From the NCBI RefSeq assembly GCF_006345805.1, contig NC_043006.1, positions 99,262,001 through 99,326,000 of the forward strand: a stretch of 64,000 bases of DNA. The letters run 5' to 3'. A program made the translations under genes and the position numbers. This document shows positions 38,516 to 51,523 of this stretch, in pieces. This stretch comes from Octopus sinensis (Eukaryota). The first letter of the stretch is position 1. Each line of letters begins with the position of its first letter. A model generated the notes under the pieces. It searched no databases. It was not told the origin of the DNA and worked only from the letters and a program-made list of their open reading frames with translations.

Positions 38516-41500
38516 TTTACGCTCTTAAATGATTTATTTATATACCACCATGGATTTAGAGCGAGACAAATGATGATAGAGGACAACACAGTACGTTATA
38601 ATATGAGGCAGTTATGCTCTTAAATACTGAGGATCTATAGCCTCTTCTCTCTGAAACTTCTTCGATTTAGAACTTTAGGAAGTTTGTCTGATAATCACGA
38701 GAACAAGAGATATGACTAAAAAGGTGTCTGTTTTGATTACATTGAGTGTAGTGTCGGTATGCCGAGTAGCCGTACAAAAGTGCAAAACGGCAATGCCTAT
38801 AGCATAAACATTGAAATATATATCTGGATATAATTTTTAAATATTAATTTGGAAAGTTTTGGAAAGTGTCTATGAAAGAAACATTTATGGGAGGCTCTTC
38901 AATAAAACGCATTTGTCGATTAGATAACTGCAAATATGTCCCACAAATGAAAACCAAGTGGTTGGTCAAGCCCACTATATTTTTCATGGAGGGCATCTTA
39001 GTGCTTCTCGTCATGGATAAATTACAATCGATCAACCAAATTCGATAACCGCAGGCAAATATCATTGAATCATTACAATAGCAATTATAATGTCTACGAC
39101 CGTAAAAAAAGAAATGCAATAACATTGTACACTACAAATATCCATAAGAAATCGGTGTACCTGAAATTCTATAAATGGAATTAATGATACACATGGATCA
39201 TCAGAGTGTATTAGTACAACATACCGTTATGGCTCTAGTGTACTGTTTTTAAACGGTTCGTCATATATATTTGTCTTATGCGATTCTGAAACCTTGGGGA
39301 CTTTCGATAATAAGCGATAAATTGTATGTGAATGAAAATATTACGTTATTTTTATGTAGATTCCTTACGTTTAGGTGTGTATGGCAGTGCATCGATTCTG
39401 TTCTGACCACATTATTTATGAATATCAGTCGGAATTGTCATCATAAAATTTCTATAGATTATTTCCCTTTCAGAGATCACAAATTCAAATTTTAAAATTC
39501 ATGCATTTTAATAAGAGCAGTAAGCATAATAAGGAGCGTTATCAATATGCAATGTCTGTATTCGATATGAAGGAAATGAAACCGCAACTAGATGCTCGAT
39601 TATGAATTGCTCAATTAAATTGAGGTGTATAAAGATTTGATCCTCATGATGGATGGCGTAATAGAATAAAATAAAATTAAATTCTAACTTGGGTTATACT
39701 TTAGAAAAAGGGATATTGTTAAAAACTAATAAATTAACATTCTTAAGAGATATGCATTTAGAAAAATATTTTTAGGAGACATTCTACAATATTCTTTACT
39801 TGATAGGTGACAAAAATAGATGTACTGACGAGTGAGTTACAGTAAAATTTTGGCCTAATCCACGATAACTTCAGCGTATACTGCATATAGTTGGAATATT
39901 GAGAGTACAAATGATATTTAAGATGACATGCGTATTGCATTAGGAAGTGGTCGAGCTTCGATAGATAAATAGAATGTTATATATAAAGTTAACAACAGGA
40001 ACAAAAATATATAGAAACAGAAGTGTTTTTCAAACAAGATGCAGTCCTGCTGGAGGAAGAAGTCTAAAAATAGATATTCTTATATGGATGGCTTGTCCCA
40101 TACATAGAAGACATATCGACTGGAAATCAGCTGAAAAGCCTTAGAATTAAAGAGTGTATAAATCATAATTATAGGCGTGCAGGAACCGGCGTTTTGAAAT
40201 AAACATAAACGAAAACCAGTTAAGTGCTGAATGATCATTATGTGTTTAAGTACTGGAAACTGTGGACCATTAAATATGGCAATATATCAATATGAGAAAA
40301 AACAAATAATGCCCAGTTTTGGGACTGGTTACGTGCTGCTCTGTCTTCATAATGGATGGTACATGATATATCACCGGACGTATACATCTCTTTGGGATTT
40401 ATAAACTTTTACTTTATATTCTCTATGAAAAATGTCAGTATGGTTACAATGTAGAGGAAACGTTTTCTAGATCACAGAAGTTCCGCTAGCGTATGCCAGC
40501 AGATTCGAAGAAAAGAGAATATAAATATCTATAAATATTTAATCTTGTTTGGAAAATGAAGCAAATGATAAAGATCACCACCGAAAGCGACAGCACTATA
40601 TGTTGTGTGAATGGCGCTTTCATGTGACTCAAATAACTTGGTTTCATGAATCTACAAAGACAATACACAGGGATGATATGATTCAAAGAAATGTGATACT
40701 GAATATCAATAATTTATAATTGTTTTTCTCACTGGTATGGCACATTCATATAGCACAAGGCCAGCAATACTGACAAATGGGATACGATCATTACATTGAA
40801 CACGTGATAGATTGTTCCTCTATCTTTTGTATCATGGAAGGAATAAACACAAAGATGATCGTGGCTGTATGTGATTCCTGACGTAAAGAGCCGGGAAAAA
40901 GAAAATAAAGCCTATTGTGCGACGCTCTGACGATTTTGCATATTTCTTCTGTTAATTTGATTGCATCAATATTGATAATAATTTATATCCTTGTCACAAT
41001 AATATAACTGCATTCTAAAAACTAAATAGTCGATCGAATTGATTAACTCGAATAGTCGATCGAATTAAGTAACATACATAATTTTTTCACGAGTCTATAA
41101 ACTTTAGAGTCGAGGAAATGTAGGAAGTTCAAAATATCAACGGCAGCGTTACTTGATTTTACAAGTTGAACATAAAGTAATGCATTCTTGATAAGCATAT
41201 CATCTTGCGCTAATTCTATTCTGTTATATTATCTTTTATACGCTGAATGTAAGAACATGCTGAAGAAAATGCGGAAAAGGAGGATGAAGCTGATAGTGAT
41301 GAAAGTGGTGTAAAGAACAGAAAGTACAGAAGTACAAAAAAGAAACACAAAACCCGGAATAAGTGTTCAAGATATTTAAAATAAAATGTTTCATGGGGAA
41401 CGTTCCAAGTATTAATTATAAATAACATCGATAAAGAGGTCACATAGACAATAAGGAATATATACAAAATTATTTCCTTTAAAGTAAGAATCCCTCACTC

Positions 41501-41971
41501 AAGCACATCTGACTTTGACAAGATTGAAAAAGAATTTTATATTCAATAATGATTCAACTGCGCTAATTAGTCAGAAAATTGTTTTGTTTATATGTCACAT
41601 GTATCAAAAATGAGAAAGGAACTTCACATATTCCCAGACATTATACATTTGCAAGCGGGAAAGCATCACGACAAATGGCTCAAAGAATTATGAATATGTC
41701 AATAGAAAATACTTAGAAAAATATCTACTACTACCATAGGGGAACGAAGCTAATAATATCAGAATATATTTATAATTTAATGCTTAGCTCCATTTCAGAA
41801 TTACATACTTCGACCAATGCAAAACATTAAAAAATGTTAAAAATCTATGAACTACATTATGCAACATTCGTTACTTAGGTAAACGTCGATAAAAAGATAA
41901 TATACCTAGAGAAAAATTAATGTTAAAATCTAGACAACATTATAACTCATTATAGATTAATACATGTTTAA

Positions 41972-42364
41972 CTAGCAGTATCACCCGGCGTTGCTCGGGT
42001 TTGTAAGGGAAATAACTATAAAGCATTTTTAGAGAGTTATAGCCAAAAAATAGCAAAAAAGGCATAAAAAATGGAAAAAAATGATGGTAATTTTTTTTTA
42101 AATCGTTGACTCATCGTAGACATTTTAGAGAGTTACCTCCCTTATATAATAGCGAAAAATATGCATTAAAATGGAAAGAAATGATGGTAAATTATTTAAA
42201 AATCGTAGACTCATCGTAGTCGCGCGCTAATACCCAGAAGGGCTCGATATGAATCACGACTATAAGATACCCGCTTTTGGTTAAACTGCACCGCAAAATG
42301 TGGGGGTAGTTCGGAATCTAAATCGTAGGAGACAAACACACAACCTTACTTTTATATATAAAGA
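41972..42364 (-). mobile_element. non-autonomous Helitron
   Basis: Minus strand starts A|TCTTTATATATAAAAG and ends with hairpin ACCCG...CGGGT then CTAG|T; AT target with no TSD. Confidence 0.85.
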
Positions 42365-42565
42365 TATACGGATTTAAGATTTTGTTACAAATATAAGAAA
42401 TATAGAAAAGAAATATGAGGAATGTAATTGCTTTCAATTATTCATAATCTCCCTTTAAGTAAATATACGAAATCACCAAACCTAACTAAAATACCCACTA
42501 CAAATATATTTATATGTACACACACACATAAACACATACACACATACACGCGCGAGCGCTGTTCA

Positions 42566-43350
42566 TTAAAGATTGTCCCTGACAAGCTTCTCAAGGACTG
42601 AAATGAAAATTTGCACAATTATTGGTCCCTCCCAATATAGCCAGCTGCGAAGACCTCGTCTGTAGAAGGCAGTAGGTTGCGTCTGGAGCGAAGACTTCAC
42701 CTCGGAAATAAGTTCATCGTCATCCGAAATGTGCTTTCCCTTTAAAAAAGACTTCATATTCAAAATGAGATGGAGATCAGATAGTGCGAAACTGGAGTAA
42801 AAAGGAGATGAGGAAGGGTTTCATAGCCACAGGAGTGTGCTTTTATCTGAGCGACATGGGTTTTGTAAACTTGAACTTTGTCTTAGTGGCGTCTCACAAT
42901 TTCTGAAGCTCCGTTATTATGATGACCTTTGCCAGAAAATCCATCATCACTAACCAGTGCTGACCCCAAAAGCTTGTGAGGATCATCTTGCCTACCGAGG
43001 ATTGGGCAAGAGCCTTCTTTGGAGGTGGTGAGCTATCATGCTTCTATTGACTGGATTTTAGTCTCAGGAACATAGTGATGGAAGCGTGTTTCATCCTGTG
43101 TCCTCCATGTTTTCTTGGTAGATTGCCAAATGATTCTGGAAGGAAGTAATTGACTCCTGCAGACAACTTCCACACGGGCAAATGGTCGGGAATGATTTTT
43201 TTCCATGGACCCTACACTTATCTTTACAACGTGTGGTATTTGGCAGATAGTTATGCAGATATTTATGGCAGAATGTGGCCGTCCAGGAATAGGAGCAGTT
43301 TCCAACGATATCCTAGGGCATTTAAAAAGACGATGCCAGTCCTAGACTAC
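42566..43350 (-). mobile_element. mariner transposase remnant
   Basis: HRLFK...SLETAPIPGRP, TQDETRFHHYVPETKIQS and NMKSFLKGKHISDDDELISEV. Confidence 0.75.
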
Positions 43351-43373
43351 GTTATATGATGGTGCATCATATA

Positions 43374-43438
<65 letters not shown>

Positions 43439-43632
43439 CTGTCAGCTACGATGTAATTGTATTTTTTTATTTTCTATTCCTATTTCTATGTCTAGTTATA
43501 TTTGTAATATATTTTGTATAATGTCATTGCTGTTGTGTAATGGTTTAATAAAGTATTGATTGGGTATTATCTGATGGTTGATGATTGATTTAGGTATGTT
43601 TCTCCATATGACTTATTTTCTTTATATGCATA

Positions 43633-43672
<40 letters not shown>

Positions 43673-43686
43673 TATATGCATATATA

Positions 43687-43723
<37 letters not shown>

Positions 43724-43726
43724 TAT

Positions 43727-43778
<52 letters not shown>

Positions 43779-43787
43779 TATATAGAT

Positions 43788-43962
43788 CGTTAGCCACTAC
43801 ACATTTTTTTCTCTCCTTGTTTTTTTCTGTCCCTTTCTGTAGAAGAGCGTAGGCTAGAAACGTAAAATACTTTTTCTATTCCTGCGTGTTATACTAATAA
43901 ATCTGTTTGTTTCGTACACCACCTGTCTTCGTCTTCTCTTTTTTTTTGTAAACTCTCCCTAC
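43788..43962 (+). mobile_element. Penelope-type pLTR fragment with hammerhead-like motif, embedded in (TA)n
   Basis: 43834-43867: TTT-CTGTAGA-A-GAGC(GTAG)GCTA-GAAACGTA-AAA; the core has A6U and stem II has lost a pair. Confidence 0.55.
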
Positions 43963-43969
43963 ATATATG

Positions 43970-44023
<54 letters not shown>

Positions 44024-45221
44024 CGTGCGTGTGTGTGTGCCTGTGTTTGTGTGTTTGTATCTATCCATCTAGTTCGCTATTTATCTATTTTATAAATTCC
44101 ACACCGAAAACCCCAGTGGCTGCAACACAACCTCACTTGCATATTGTGTTGCATAGTGAGTTCAAATGCAAAACTACATCTTGCGAAATGAACCACACAT
44201 CTGTATCTCTTCAACATTACATTTTCTATGTTATTGTAATTAAAAAACTTACCTATTAACAACATGACTGATGAAACAATTAGATTTGTATAACATCCGA
44301 TTTGAACCTACATAAACTTAGATAACATGCAATTTTTGATATTGAAAATGTAGTCAAATCTGATATAAAAATGCCATTTGAAGCCATATTCTACAATTTC
44401 TAGATTCTGTGATCTATCACTGGACCATTGTCCCGTAAAGTGTATAGCATAAAGTTGCTTAAGTTGGAAAACGATAAGGTAATATTTATAGAAAATTCCC
44501 TCGGTTTCTATAGATATCAGTTAATGAGAATTTGACTAAACAAGAATTCATGAAATAAATCAATAAAAAGCAATGGCATCTGTATTAACTGGGATATATT
44601 TAACATCAACAAGACGAAAGAACGTATTGCATAAGTGAAAGGTCTGTATTGATTATTGGTATCCTTCACAATGGATATAAGTTTAAATCAAATACAACTT
44701 GAAAATGTTGTATAGAGAAAGACATTAATCAGTAATTTGATAAATTGTGAGAATATTGTATTATTGAAAGGTATTGTGTGAAGATAAATTGCTTCGCCAA
44801 TATAAAAGTCTGATTTCCTGCATATTTCATCTAATATATGATGTTAGGATATCAAGTGAAGCTTTTCTCCTTCTACAAATTGAAGCAAATTTTAAGACGT
44901 AATAATGCTTAACACACGTTTGATTTGAGTTAAGTCACATGTGATGAATCACTGTTTAGATACAATATGATAAGCAAATGTTAAGTTCACTTCAATTATT
45001 TACAAAGAAATTTCCTCCATTATAATTCTTAATAATTTACAGTATCCTAAATTGTACTACGGAGAAACTTACACAAGATTATGGGAGAACGACAGTGCAA
45101 CGAATCTATATACAGGAAGACAATTCAAGCACACACACATATGCACGCAAATACATACACACAATGCACACATATACACTTAGACAAGCATACAACATTA
45201 CACGTGTATAGATGCGCATAC

Positions 45222-45303
<82 letters not shown>

Positions 45304-45586
45304 GTATATATAATGTAAATAATGAGGGAGGTAAATTGAATATTAATTTAATATCAAATTAAAACCAGTAGCCTAGCATACAAAAATCTGAAGAATCAGA
45401 GAAAATTCTAATACATGTGTATATATTTAAAGAGCTAAAAGACCACTATGTGGTCAGCCATATGCTAGAAGTAGATCACCTGCGATCAAACTACAAAGAG
45501 AAGAATGTTCTCTAGAGAAAAATTCAGCGGACACCAGAACAATATTTGGGCAAGACAAATGAAAATTATATAAAAAAAAAAGAATT

Positions 45587-45665
45587 AATCGCAGACCTAG
45601 GTTTCGCCTATTAACGAATGAATCACTTACGCAATCCCTCGTCCGTAGAACTCGTCAGTACGATC
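45587..45665 (-). ncRNA. type I hammerhead ribozyme motif
   Basis: GATCGTA-CTGACGA-GTT...GGC-GAA-ACCTAGGT-C-TGCGATT: intact core, GUC triplet, palindromic stem III. Confidence 0.75.
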
Positions 45666-45999
45666 GTTCCGCAGGTAATATAGTTTGTAAAACTAATCAC
45701 CAGTTTTCCGTATAAAAAACAGACGCGTGCTTAGTTTCACCGATTATATTGGGGTTAATTTCAAATGTCTGAGTTCTGGCGCGCTAAAATTCCGGAAACA
45801 AAATCTGCAGTAAATAATTTACTGCATTTAATGCTGCCTATTAGAGAACATATTTATTTTAACATTTAAATATTAAGGGAGATAAGTTGAATATTAATTT
45901 AATTAATATCAATTTAAAAGCAGTATCCTAGCATACAAAATTCTGAAGAATCTGAGATAATTCTAATACATGTGTATATATTTAAAGGGCTAGTGGAAC

Positions 46000-46077
46000 G
46001 ATCGTACTGACGAGCCGTACGGATGAGGATTACATAAGTGATTCATTCGGTAATAGGCGAAACCTAGGTCTGCGATT
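46000..46077 (+). ncRNA. type I hammerhead ribozyme motif
   Basis: 7-bp stem I (GATCGTA/TGCGATT), CTGACGA (46007-46013), stem II GCC/GGC with long insertion, GAAA, palindromic ACCTAGGT, predicted cleavage after C46070. Confidence 0.8.
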
Positions 46078-46541
46078 AATTCTTGTTTTTTTTATATTAT
46101 TTTCATTTGTCTTGCCCGCATATTGTTCTGGTGTCTGCTGAATTTTTCTCTAGAGAACATTCTTTTCTTTGTAGTTTGATCGCATGTGATCTACTTCTAG
46201 CATATGGCTGACCACATAGTGGTCTTTTATATATATGTATATATTGATTCAAAATGTGACCGCCTTTAAAATCGCTGGCGATATTTCCTCCGTTTTCCCT
46301 TCCTTGTATCTTTCCTTTTCCTACGTATGAGAGGCCCATACATACTGGGGTTGATTTGAAGTCGGACCCTAAAACCTTTCTCACCAACACTCCCATACAT
46401 ACAAGCATACACAAATGACACTCGCGAATCCTCTCCAATTCTACACGCGCAAATACACACATATATATATATATATACATACACATTTATCTATATATGT
46501 ATTTATGTATGTATGTATGTATGTATGTATCTATCTATCTA

Positions 46542-46668
<127 letters not shown>

Positions 46669-46689
46669 ATATATATATTGCCATTAGTA

Positions 46690-47275
46690 TTGTGGAGATG
46701 CTTGAGTGGATTGGAAGTAGAAGTATAGAATCAATGATTTTGCAAAGACGTTTGATTGGGGGGGGGGCATTTGGTAAGGATGGATGATGAGCGACTGCTA
46801 GGCAGCTATTTTATGGTGAGCTGGAAGATGGCAGGCGACCAGCGAATATGCCTACACTAAGGTTTAAGGGTTGCCTTAAAGATGCTCAAATACTGTCAGG
46901 AACTGCAGCTGGTAATTGGGAGAGGGAGGCACAGCACCGTCATGGATGGAGGAAGACAGTGCATGATGTTTGTTCAAAGTTTGAGAGGGGGAGATTGAAT
47001 TATGAGAGAATTAGGAGGAGGATTAGAAAGGAGGGGGACCTGTGGAGAGTGAGAAAGTGTTGCTTCGTATGTGTGCGGCTTGTGAGCAACGTTTTTGCGT
47101 CGTGCACGCCTGGTGAATCATCAAAATTCTCATAAAAATCGACTCATGATAAACAATGATGTGGCTATTAAAATTCATAACAGAACGTGTGTAAAATGTG
47201 GAAGGGTGTGCCTCTCAGTTGGAGGTCTGAAAAGACATGTTACGAGAGTGCATATGGTGACACCTGTTTCCTTGT
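46690..47275 (+). mobile_element. RTE-clade LINE 3' fragment
   Basis: [11 protein letters not shown](RW)GHLVRMDDERL..QLFYGEL...RFKGCLKD...HRHGWRKTVH followed by C2H2-like fingers (CVKCGRVCLSVGGLKRHVTRVH). Confidence 0.85.
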
Positions 47276-47425
47276 GCCAGCCATCACAGTTGTCTAATAT
47301 GTAATATAATTTTTTAAAGATCAGCCGGAGTTAAAAACATATAACGCATCACATGGCAACAATCATGAACCATTTCAGTAAGTCTTCTTGGCAATGGCTT
47401 TTCTCGTGTAACGAGGATGCAAATG

Positions 47426-47486
<61 letters not shown>

Positions 47487-48271
47487 CAACCGTGCAATTT
47501 CCCTCTCCGGAAACATATTCACGCTGAAGCAACGCGAAACCTCGGCGCTGTGCTGCATATATAAATCTCTTCATTGCAATCGTTTCATAAAATGAGACGC
47601 CCTTTATTGATGGAAGCAAAATTGTAAAATTCAGGAAATAAGCGTTCACATTAATCAAGGCTTCTGGTGAAGAGTGACGCAGAACTACTAAATGCTCTGT
47701 CCTCTGTTGTCCTACCTCATCTAGTTATCTAATCAGTCCAGATATAAAAAATATCGCTTGAGACGTGAGTGAAATTCACTCGCCCATCAACGTTCACTTA
47801 CAATTAGTCACAATATCTGTATACATGCCGAAAATTCTGAATATCATTTTACATACAGCCTTACAAATCGACCGGTTTCAAATTTTCTGTAGGAAAATAC
47901 TATTGTAAATTCCATTATGACAATATATCTCCTGTGCTGTGTAGAATGCATTTATTTATCTTTACTGGAATTCAATGAAATAAGGTAAGGTATATCTTAA
48001 TATATATATTTTTTTTAATGTTGGTGCGCCTTTTGTTGTTCATGTCTGCTTTGATATTAAAATGTTGTTGCACAATATTCTCACTTCCTAACAATATCAA
48101 TTTTCACTGCAGTGGAAGTTTGTCATTTTAAACCAAGCTGTTACATTTGAATTGCAATGCATCATAAAAGTAACTGCGTAAAATACTGTGACTTATATGA
48201 AGACCTTGCTTTTATATTGCAGTGATTTGTATTAACTAAATCCTCGGTGAAAGTAACAAAAGAGTGACATA

Positions 48272-48433
48272 GGTGCAGGAGTGGCTGTGTGGTAACTAGC
48301 TTGCTAACCAACCACATGGTTCCGGGTTCAGTCCCACTGCGTGGCACCTTGGGCAAGTTTCTTCTGCTATAGCCCTGGGCCGACGAATGCCTTGTGAGTG
48401 GATTTGGTAGACGGAAACTGAAAGAAGCCCGTC

Positions 48434-48513
<80 letters not shown>

Positions 48514-48737
48514 ATGCTTGTGTGTCTGTGTTTGTCCCCACAACATTGCTTGACAACCGATGCTGACGTGTTCGCGTCACCGTTACTAGCGGTTCGGCAA
48601 AAGAGACCGATAGAATAAGTACTGGGCTTACAAAAGAATAAGTCCCGAGGTCGAGTTGCTCGACTAAAGGCGGTGCTCCAGCATGGCCGCAGTCAAATGA
48701 CTGAAACAAGTAAAAGTGTAAAGAGAGAAAAAGAGTA
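48272..48737 (+). mobile_element. full-length tRNA-headed SINE with internal (TA)n(TG)n
   Basis: A-box TGGCTGTGTGGTAA, B-box GGTTCAGTCCC, and an AAAAGAGT-type tail. Confidence 0.9.
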
Positions 48738-49369
48738 TACAATCCCCACAAAGAGTTTCAGGCTGAAATACCGAAGAGATTAGTTACCTAACTGCAGCAA
48801 GCATTCGGATTGTCGAATAATGCAATTTATCTATCATGTTCATTGGTTTGGGTACCTTTTTCTTAAGTAAACATGTTTACACTGCGCTGATGCATATGCC
48901 GGTAGTGTTATTTTAGAAAGAAACATTTGAAGTTTATATTCATGTAATTTCTAGTCAGGTTTAGTTATACTCACAGCCTTCTGTAGATTGCAGTGCAACT
49001 TCCTAACAGAAGTAGGGGACAATTAAGTGGCATCTATTCTACAGGATTTTTTTGTATACATTTTTGTATACACAACGTCTTTTAAAAATGTCATTTTATA
49101 TTTTCAATCTAGGGTTGTGATTAATTTTTGTAAAAGACATATGTGAACTACATGTTAGCAAGCAATACAATGTGCCATCAATTGAGAAGATGGGAAGATA
49201 TTTTTAAATATTTTATTAGAATTTCTCATCAATGATCGTATTTTATACAATAAAAAGGGCATTATGTACATTATTTATATTTTTTATATTTGACGAATAT
49301 TTGTCCTCATCTCGTTTGTTGTAAACCCAACGTGTCTGCTGATTTACCTTCGAGGCTTCATTATGAAGT

Positions 49370-51302
49370 CCGTCAGCCACCTGTGAAAGCAGTAGTTAAT
49401 GTAACTAACTGACATCTAGGAACCTCTGAAGAAGCAGTACTAAACAAAGGTCTCTGCTTTGCGACAACCAACAAGCGCATTCCACACTTGGACATAATAG
49501 CCCCTATTGAAAGAGATAGCCGTAAAGATACCAACAGCTCAGGGAGATAAACTAAAGTGGAAAGTGAGACAGGTACTAGAAAGAGTGAAACTTCCCAAAC
49601 CAAACATCACTAATGAAGAAACGTTTGCTACCAAAAGACTACAGAGTGACAATTCCATCATAATGCTTCCAGTAGACAAGGGAAATGCTACAGTGGGGAT
49701 GAACAAGTCTGACTACTCGGAAAAAATGGCAAGTCTTAGAAGTAAAGGCAGCTACAGCAAAGTAAAGAAAGTCTGAACTCTGAAAAACAGAGAGGAAGTT
49801 GTCTTAGATCTTGATCAAGAACAAGGATCACTTTACACCGATGAAGTACAGACTACTGCCTCAACACTAGAGTACACTACCACACATATACGGTCTTCCT
49901 AAGATTCAAAAGGATGGTATTCCATTCAGACCTATAGTGCGCTGTAGAGGTTCAGCATGTCACCCACTGAGATTCTTCTTTGTGGATATAATCATCAGTC
50001 CATTAGCAGGAAGTTCAACATAGTACGTGAAGAATTCCGCCCACTTCACAGAATTGATCAAGGATACCCCCCATTGGATTAAACCAGATAATGAGTCTAG
50101 TTATGATAAGTCTGTTTACCAAAGTCCCAACTTTGAAGCACTATCGGTAATTCAAGAACAACAGACACCCATCTAAAAGAACGCATTAGTATACCTAAAA
50201 GAAAAATGATGGAAATTTTGACCTTTTGTGTAGAAACTACCTATTTCAGTATGAACACTGATATATATCGACAGGAAGAGTGTTTAGTAATCGGTTCGCC
50301 ATTATCACAGGTAAGAACCAATACATACATGGAATTCTTTGAAAATGTGGCTTCAGGATCAACACCATTAAAACCAACCCTATGGCTACGATATTCTTTA
50401 TTCCTTGACCTTTATTCTTTGACCCCACCAGGAAGATGTCCAAGTGCTGTCACATCATGTGGACTCAATAAAGCCATCCATACAGTTCACAATGGAAAAG
50501 AAAAAAGACAATTAGCTAGCATTCCTGGACGTATTAATAAAACGCACCAAGTATGGTTTCAGGACATCCATATACCGCAAGCCGACCTTCAGTAGACGAT
50601 AGGTTGACTTCAATTACCACCATCCATACAGTGTAAAGAGAGGAATTGCTCAGTGCCTAAAACATCGAGCAAAGAACATAAGTAGCGATCGTAATACCCA
50701 CCACGAAGAAATGAACAAGCTAAGTAACAATCTATTAAGCAACAATTACCCCCAAATCATACTATCTATCCCAATCATGAAGAAAAGAGCGGTTAAAACC
50801 AATAAACTGTCTACAGACTTTCTACCCTATGTGAAAGCCTCTCCGAAAAGATACACAAACAAAAAACGATTTGCGATCCATATAACATCAGGACAGTCTT
50901 TAAGAGTAATACAACGCTTCGCAAATATCTTCTTCGGGTAAAACAACCAATAGAAGAGAATATGACCAAAAACTGCGTGTACTCCATCTCAAGCAGCTGT
51001 GATAGGTTATACAAAGGCGAAACATACCACCCCCTCAAAATAATGGTAAAGAAACATCGCAAAGTTGTGACACGAAGGGATATTGATAAATCGGGTATAG
51101 CTGATCATGTATGGGAAAATGGATACCAACTTCCCCTATGGGATGAAGTTAAAATGATAGAGATCACCACAGGAAAATACGAAACCTAAACAAAGCAGCA
51201 CATATGCTTGGACACAACAACCTACTAAGCAGACTGAGTGCAGATATGAACAGAATATGGGAACCGGCATTAAGGAAGGATAGGAAAATATTAGATATAT
51301 AA
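49370..51302 (+). pseudogene. Penelope RT + GIY-YIG endonuclease ORF
   Basis: VLNKGLCF, LPVDKGNATV, IYGLPKIQKDGIPFRPIV, YRQEECLVIGSPLS..NTYME, LWLRY and NCVYSISSSCDRLYKGET...KSGIADHVW; many stops and frameshifts; ends at TAA 51300-51302. Confidence 0.9.
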
Positions 51303-51316
51303 GCCCTAAAATTCAC

Positions 51317-51389
51317 GGGCATATGGCGTAGTGGTTACGAGCGCGGGCTATTAACCCCAAAATTCTGAGTTCGGTTCCAGGTAGTGACC
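51317..51389 (+). promoter_or_regulatory. tRNA-like segment with Pol III A and B boxes inside the Penelope 3' pLTR
   Basis: A-box TGGCGTAGTGG (51324-51334), anticodon-arm-like GGG-CTATTAA-CCC, B-box-like GTTCGGTTCC (51369-51378). Not a complete tRNA gene. Confidence 0.7.
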
Positions 51390-51408
51390 AGAATAATAAT
51401 AATAATAA

Positions 51409-51523
<115 letters not shown>

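Larger units (their letters stand above)
45325..46228. repeat. composite A / inverted-B / C / A' / B' repeat (Penelope-type pLTR architecture)
   Basis: A 45325-45437 is a direct repeat of 45876-45992; B 45438-45670 is the reverse complement of 45995-46228 (about 93% by eye). Flanked by (TA)n. Confidence 0.9.

Noticed and set aside
41255-41385. Acidic then basic frame (EENAEKEDEADSDE...KKKHK) that could be a terminal exon
   Set aside because: Low-complexity purine-rich DNA with a weak acceptor; cannot be assigned.
51317-51389. Possible tRNA gene
   Set aside because: The acceptor and T stems do not pair properly, there is no oligo-T terminator, and it is part of a repeated module; treated as a tRNA-derived head.
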